A stretch of 38,446 nucleotides of DNA from an uncultured Phycisphaera sp. GTDB lineage: Bacteria; Planctomycetota; Phycisphaerae; Phycisphaerales; Phycisphaeraceae. The stretch spans positions 1 to 38,446 of the forward strand of contig CAYPCC010000005.1 of the NCBI GenBank assembly GCA_964409095.1. The letters are read 5' to 3'. Positions 35,750-38,446 of the stretch are shown one piece after another. Made by a program: the position numbers and the translations under genes. Within the stretch, counting starts at the first letter, position 1; each line of letters opens with the position of its first letter. The notes beneath the pieces are model-generated. The model searched no databases. It had not been told where the DNA came from and was given only the letters and a program-made list of their open reading frames with translations.

Positions 35750-35838
35750 ACCGTTGGACTCCACTCGCAAAACAGCCCCGCCCCGATGCGGGAGCCATCG
35801 GCGGCGAGGCGATAGGAGGGCGGCGTGGTTCGCAAGGG

Positions 35839-36933
35839 TCAGGCTTTGATCAGGACTTCTTTGCCGCCCTTGTCGGCCGAGGCGTAGACCGCGTCGAGCA
35901 TCTGCTGGACCATCAGGCCGTGCTCGGCCGGGGCCAGGGTGGGCGTGCCTTGGGTGACGTGGTCCACGAAGTTGCGGAGCTTGAGGCTGAAGTATCCGCC
36001 GAAGCCGCCGTCCATTTCGGGTAGCCACGCGGGGGTGATATTCATCATGTGGCCGTGTTGGTCGGTGAAGACTTCGGACGACCCCCACTTGGCCCCGCCT
36101 TTGGTGCCCATGATCTGGAAGTCCATTTTGCCGCCGTGCTCGTGGTGGGCGGCGAAGGACGATTCGAGGTGGATCACTGCGCCGTTGTCGAAGCGGATGT
36201 GGCCGACGGCCAAGTCTTCGACGGTGTAGGTCTTGTGGTCCCAGCCGGCCCACATCGAAGCGATTTGGTTGGACGGTTTGTTGCCCAGGTAGGTGTCGGT
36301 CATGCCCACGGCGGCGACGGGTTTGGGGCTACCCATGGTGAAGTGGCACATTTCCAGGACGTGGACGCCGATGTCGATCAGCGGGCCGCCGCCTTGCAGG
36401 TCTTTACGGCCGAACACGCCCCAGTTGGGGATGCCGCGGCGGCGGAGGGCTTGGACCCGGCCAAACCGGATGTCGCCGAATACGCCGTCTTCGCGGAGCT
36501 TGGTGAGGAACGCGGTTTTGGGGTCGAAGCGGTACTGAAACCCGATGACGAGTTTTTTCTTGGCGGCTTTGGCCGCGGCGATCATCTTCTTGCACTCGGC
36601 GGCGTTCATGCCCATCGGCTTTTCGACGATGACGTGGGCCCCGGCCTTGCTCGCGGCGATCGAGTTGGGGGCGTGCAGGCCGTTGGGCGTGCAGATGTTC
36701 ACCGCGTCGGGCTGAACGGTTTTCAGCATTTTTTTGTAGTCGGTGAACAGGCCGTCGGTCGGGACGCCGAACTCCTGGGCCCGGGATTCGAGGCCCTTCT
36801 TGTTGACGTCGGCCAGGGCGACGACTTCGACATCGTTAAAAGTTTTGAGGGCTTTGAGGTGGGCCGCGGCGATACCGCCGGCCCCGATGAAGGCCATGCG
36901 GAGTTTTTTGGATGACGAAGACGAGCGGGCCAT
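35839..36933 (-). CDS. Gfo/Idh/MocA family oxidoreductase
   Basis: AFIGAGGIA, ICTPNGLH, HVIVEKP, GGGPLIDIGVH and VEDLA. Confidence 0.93.
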   Translation of the reverse strand: MARSSSSSKKLRMAFIGAGGIAAAHLKALKTFNDVEVVALADVNKKGLESRAQEFGVPTDGLFTDYKKMLKTVQPDAVNICTPNGLHAPNSIAASKAGAHVIVEKPMGMNAAECKKMIAAAKAAKKKLVIGFQYRFDPKTAFLTKLREDGVFGDIRFGRVQALRRRGIPNWGVFGRKDLQGGGPLIDIGVHVLEMCHFTMGSPKPVAAVGMTDTYLGNKPSNQIASMWAGWDHKTYTVEDLAVGHIRFDNGAVIHLESSFAAHHEHGGKMDFQIMGTKGGAKWGSSEVFTDQHGHMMNITPAWLPEMDGGFGGYFSLKLRNFVDHVTQGTPTLAPAEHGLMVQQMLDAVYASADKGGKEVLIKA

Positions 36934-36988
36934 AGGCGGGTTCCAGATGAAAAAAGGTGAACAGGTCAAAGCTTAGGACCAACCCAAC

Positions 36989-37017
36989 ATTATCGGCACC
37001 TGACCCCCGCGACGCAA
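36989..37017 (-). promoter_or_regulatory. Putative promoter for the oxidoreductase
   Basis: Minus strand TTGCGT-N17-GATAAT. The -10 region also contains GCCGATAA. Confidence 0.45.
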
Positions 37018-37119
37018 ATCTCTTGGGGGTTTTATGGGCGGTTGGCCGATTCAATAGGGCGGCAATGCGTAGGCCGTTTGATCTCGATTGAATTTCATCT
37101 CGCCCGGAAACGATTCGTT

Positions 37120-38151
37120 ATGACGCAGCCCCGCTCCACCTCGACCCCCGCCGCCTCGCCTCTGCCCGCTGATCCCGCCAAGCCCGCCGCCTCGCGGTCG
37201 ATGATCGTGGGGGTCCACGCGGTGCTGTTGGTGTTGACGGTGATGGTGGTGTGGGCGACGACTGGCCGCGACGCCGGCACCATGGCCGACGCCGCGGTGA
37301 CTAACCGTGCGTCCGTCGATGAGCAGCGGATACCCTCGTTCGCGCAGCACGACACCCACTTGACCCAAGGCTCGCACGCCGCCGCGACCCCGGCCCCGGC
37401 CCCCGACGCCCGACCCGTCGCCAGCTTCGCCCGCCCCGCGACCCAGCCCGTGTCCATCCCCGCCGCCTCGCCCGCCCCGGCTCCCGTCGAAGTGTTTGAC
37501 CCCATGGTCGCCATCCCCCAGCCCGGGGCCGCTTTTCCCGCCGAGCTCCCCGTCGACCCCCAAGACGATCCGCACTACGCCGTCGGCGGGCTCTACGGCA
37601 CACCCGGTGCCACCCGCATCGTCTATCTGATCGACGCCTCGGGCTCCCTCATCGACACCTTCCCGTTCATCCTCAACGAGTTGCAACGCTCGCTCAGCGA
37701 ACTCCAGGCCCAGCAATCGTTTGCCGTGCTGTTTTTCTCGGGGGATCAAGTCATCGAAGCGCCGCCCTACGGCATGAAGCGCGCGACCACGCAGGCCGTC
37801 CGCCACACCAGCCAATGGATCGACCCCGGTTCGGGCCGGATCATCGCGTCGGGCCCCGCCGATGCTCAGGCGGGTATCCGCCGGGCGCTGGCTTATCAGC
37901 CCGACGCGATCATCATCCTCAGCGACGGGCTCACCGGCGCCGGCGACCGGGCGATGGGCCAACGCGCCCGCCTGCTCTCGCTCATCGGCACCGCCAACAC
38001 CGCCGACGTCGTCTTCCACACCCTCCAGGTCTGTCGCCCCGACCCGCTCTCGACGCCGACCCGGCTGGGCACCCTCGAACTCATCGCCCTGCAGTCCGGC
38101 GGCGTCCACCGCTACCTCGGCGAAGACGACCTGCTGCCCGAATCGCCGTGA
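37120..38151 (+). CDS. Membrane-anchored VWA-domain protein
   Basis: TM segment (VGVHAVLLVLTVMVVW), a Pro/Ala-rich linker, MIDAS YLIDASGS, IIILSDG and LELIALQSGG. Confidence 0.85.
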   Translation: MTQPRSTSTPAASPLPADPAKPAASRSMIVGVHAVLLVLTVMVVWATTGRDAGTMADAAVTNRASVDEQRIPSFAQHDTHLTQGSHAAATPAPAPDARPVASFARPATQPVSIPAASPAPAPVEVFDPMVAIPQPGAAFPAELPVDPQDDPHYAVGGLYGTPGATRIVYLIDASGSLIDTFPFILNELQRSLSELQAQQSFAVLFFSGDQVIEAPPYGMKRATTQAVRHTSQWIDPGSGRIIASGPADAQAGIRRALAYQPDAIIILSDGLTGAGDRAMGQRARLLSLIGTANTADVVFHTLQVCRPDPLSTPTRLGTLELIALQSGGVHRYLGEDDLLPESP

Positions 38152-38280
38152 AGCCGCACCTATCGATCCCTTCGCACTCGCAGGAGGCCGGGGATAGGAC
38201 CCGACATCGGTTATGCTATTTCACGATCGCCGATGCGGGCGACGGTGTTGAGTTGACCTCGATTTTGGGAATCCGTGTCC

Positions 38281-38446
38281 ATGTTCTGGCTGGGCTTTGC
38301 CGACAACCTGCCGCCGTCTTCACGTTCACAGCCGGTCCCCCCGGATGATGACAAACCCAAGCCGTCGTTGTTCACCGATCCGGACGACGACGAATTGCTG
38401 GAAGCGTCCGACCTCGCAGCGATCGACGAGTCGATGCAGCGGGCCG
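38281..38446 (+). CDS. Hypothetical protein (3'-truncated by the window)
   Basis: Open frame MFWLGFADNLPPSSRSQPVPPDDDKPKPSLFTDPDDDELLEASDLAAIDESMQRA with native codon usage in its distal part. Start uncertain. Confidence 0.45.
   Translation, partial: MFWLGFADNLPPSSRSQPVPPDDDKPKPSLFTDPDDDELLEASDLAAIDESMQRA

Noticed and set aside
35750-36253. N-terminal extension of the YwaF-like ORF
   Set aside because: It is an alternative frame of the oxidoreductase gene.
36990-36997. Sigma28 promoter (GCCGATAA)
   Set aside because: There is no TAAA -35 element at the expected spacing, and a sigma70 reading fits as well.

Overview
GC-rich bacterial DNA. The HYExAFE-family gene, the VWA membrane protein and the gene style suggest Planctomycetota, probably Phycisphaerae (inference). 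From left to right the window holds: the 3' end of an RpoD-type sigma factor; a GH94 phosphorylase resembling 1,2-beta-oligoglucan phosphorylase; a first glycan block (GT2, two GT-C-like membrane proteins, a beta-helix protein and a Wzc-like co-polymerase that lacks the tyrosine cluster); a translation-related block (rsmD, a SAM methyltransferase, hisS and a HYExAFE PD-(D/E)XK protein); a minus-strand Wzx/Wzy polysaccharide cluster (GT4, nucleotidyltransferase, epimerase, DegT aminotransferase, priming phosphoglycosyl transferase, WecG/TagA, a flippase-GT2 fusion, Wzy/O-antigen ligase and a deacetylase); an RND efflux triplet; a YwaF-like membrane protein; a Gfo/Idh/MocA oxidoreductase; and a VWA protein. 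The best novelty candidate is the priming glycosyltransferase. It is fused to a catalytically degenerate GGDEF-like domain that keeps the RxxD c-di-GMP I-site, and it sits in a cluster whose gene families parallel Caulobacter holdfast synthesis. Also noted are a ~157-nt rod-shaped ncRNA candidate, a REPIN, a G-tract decamer array in the wzc leader, a shared promoter motif and kb-scale strand-skew domains. No CRISPR array, rRNA, tRNA or transposase was seen. All calls are by eye and no searches were run.
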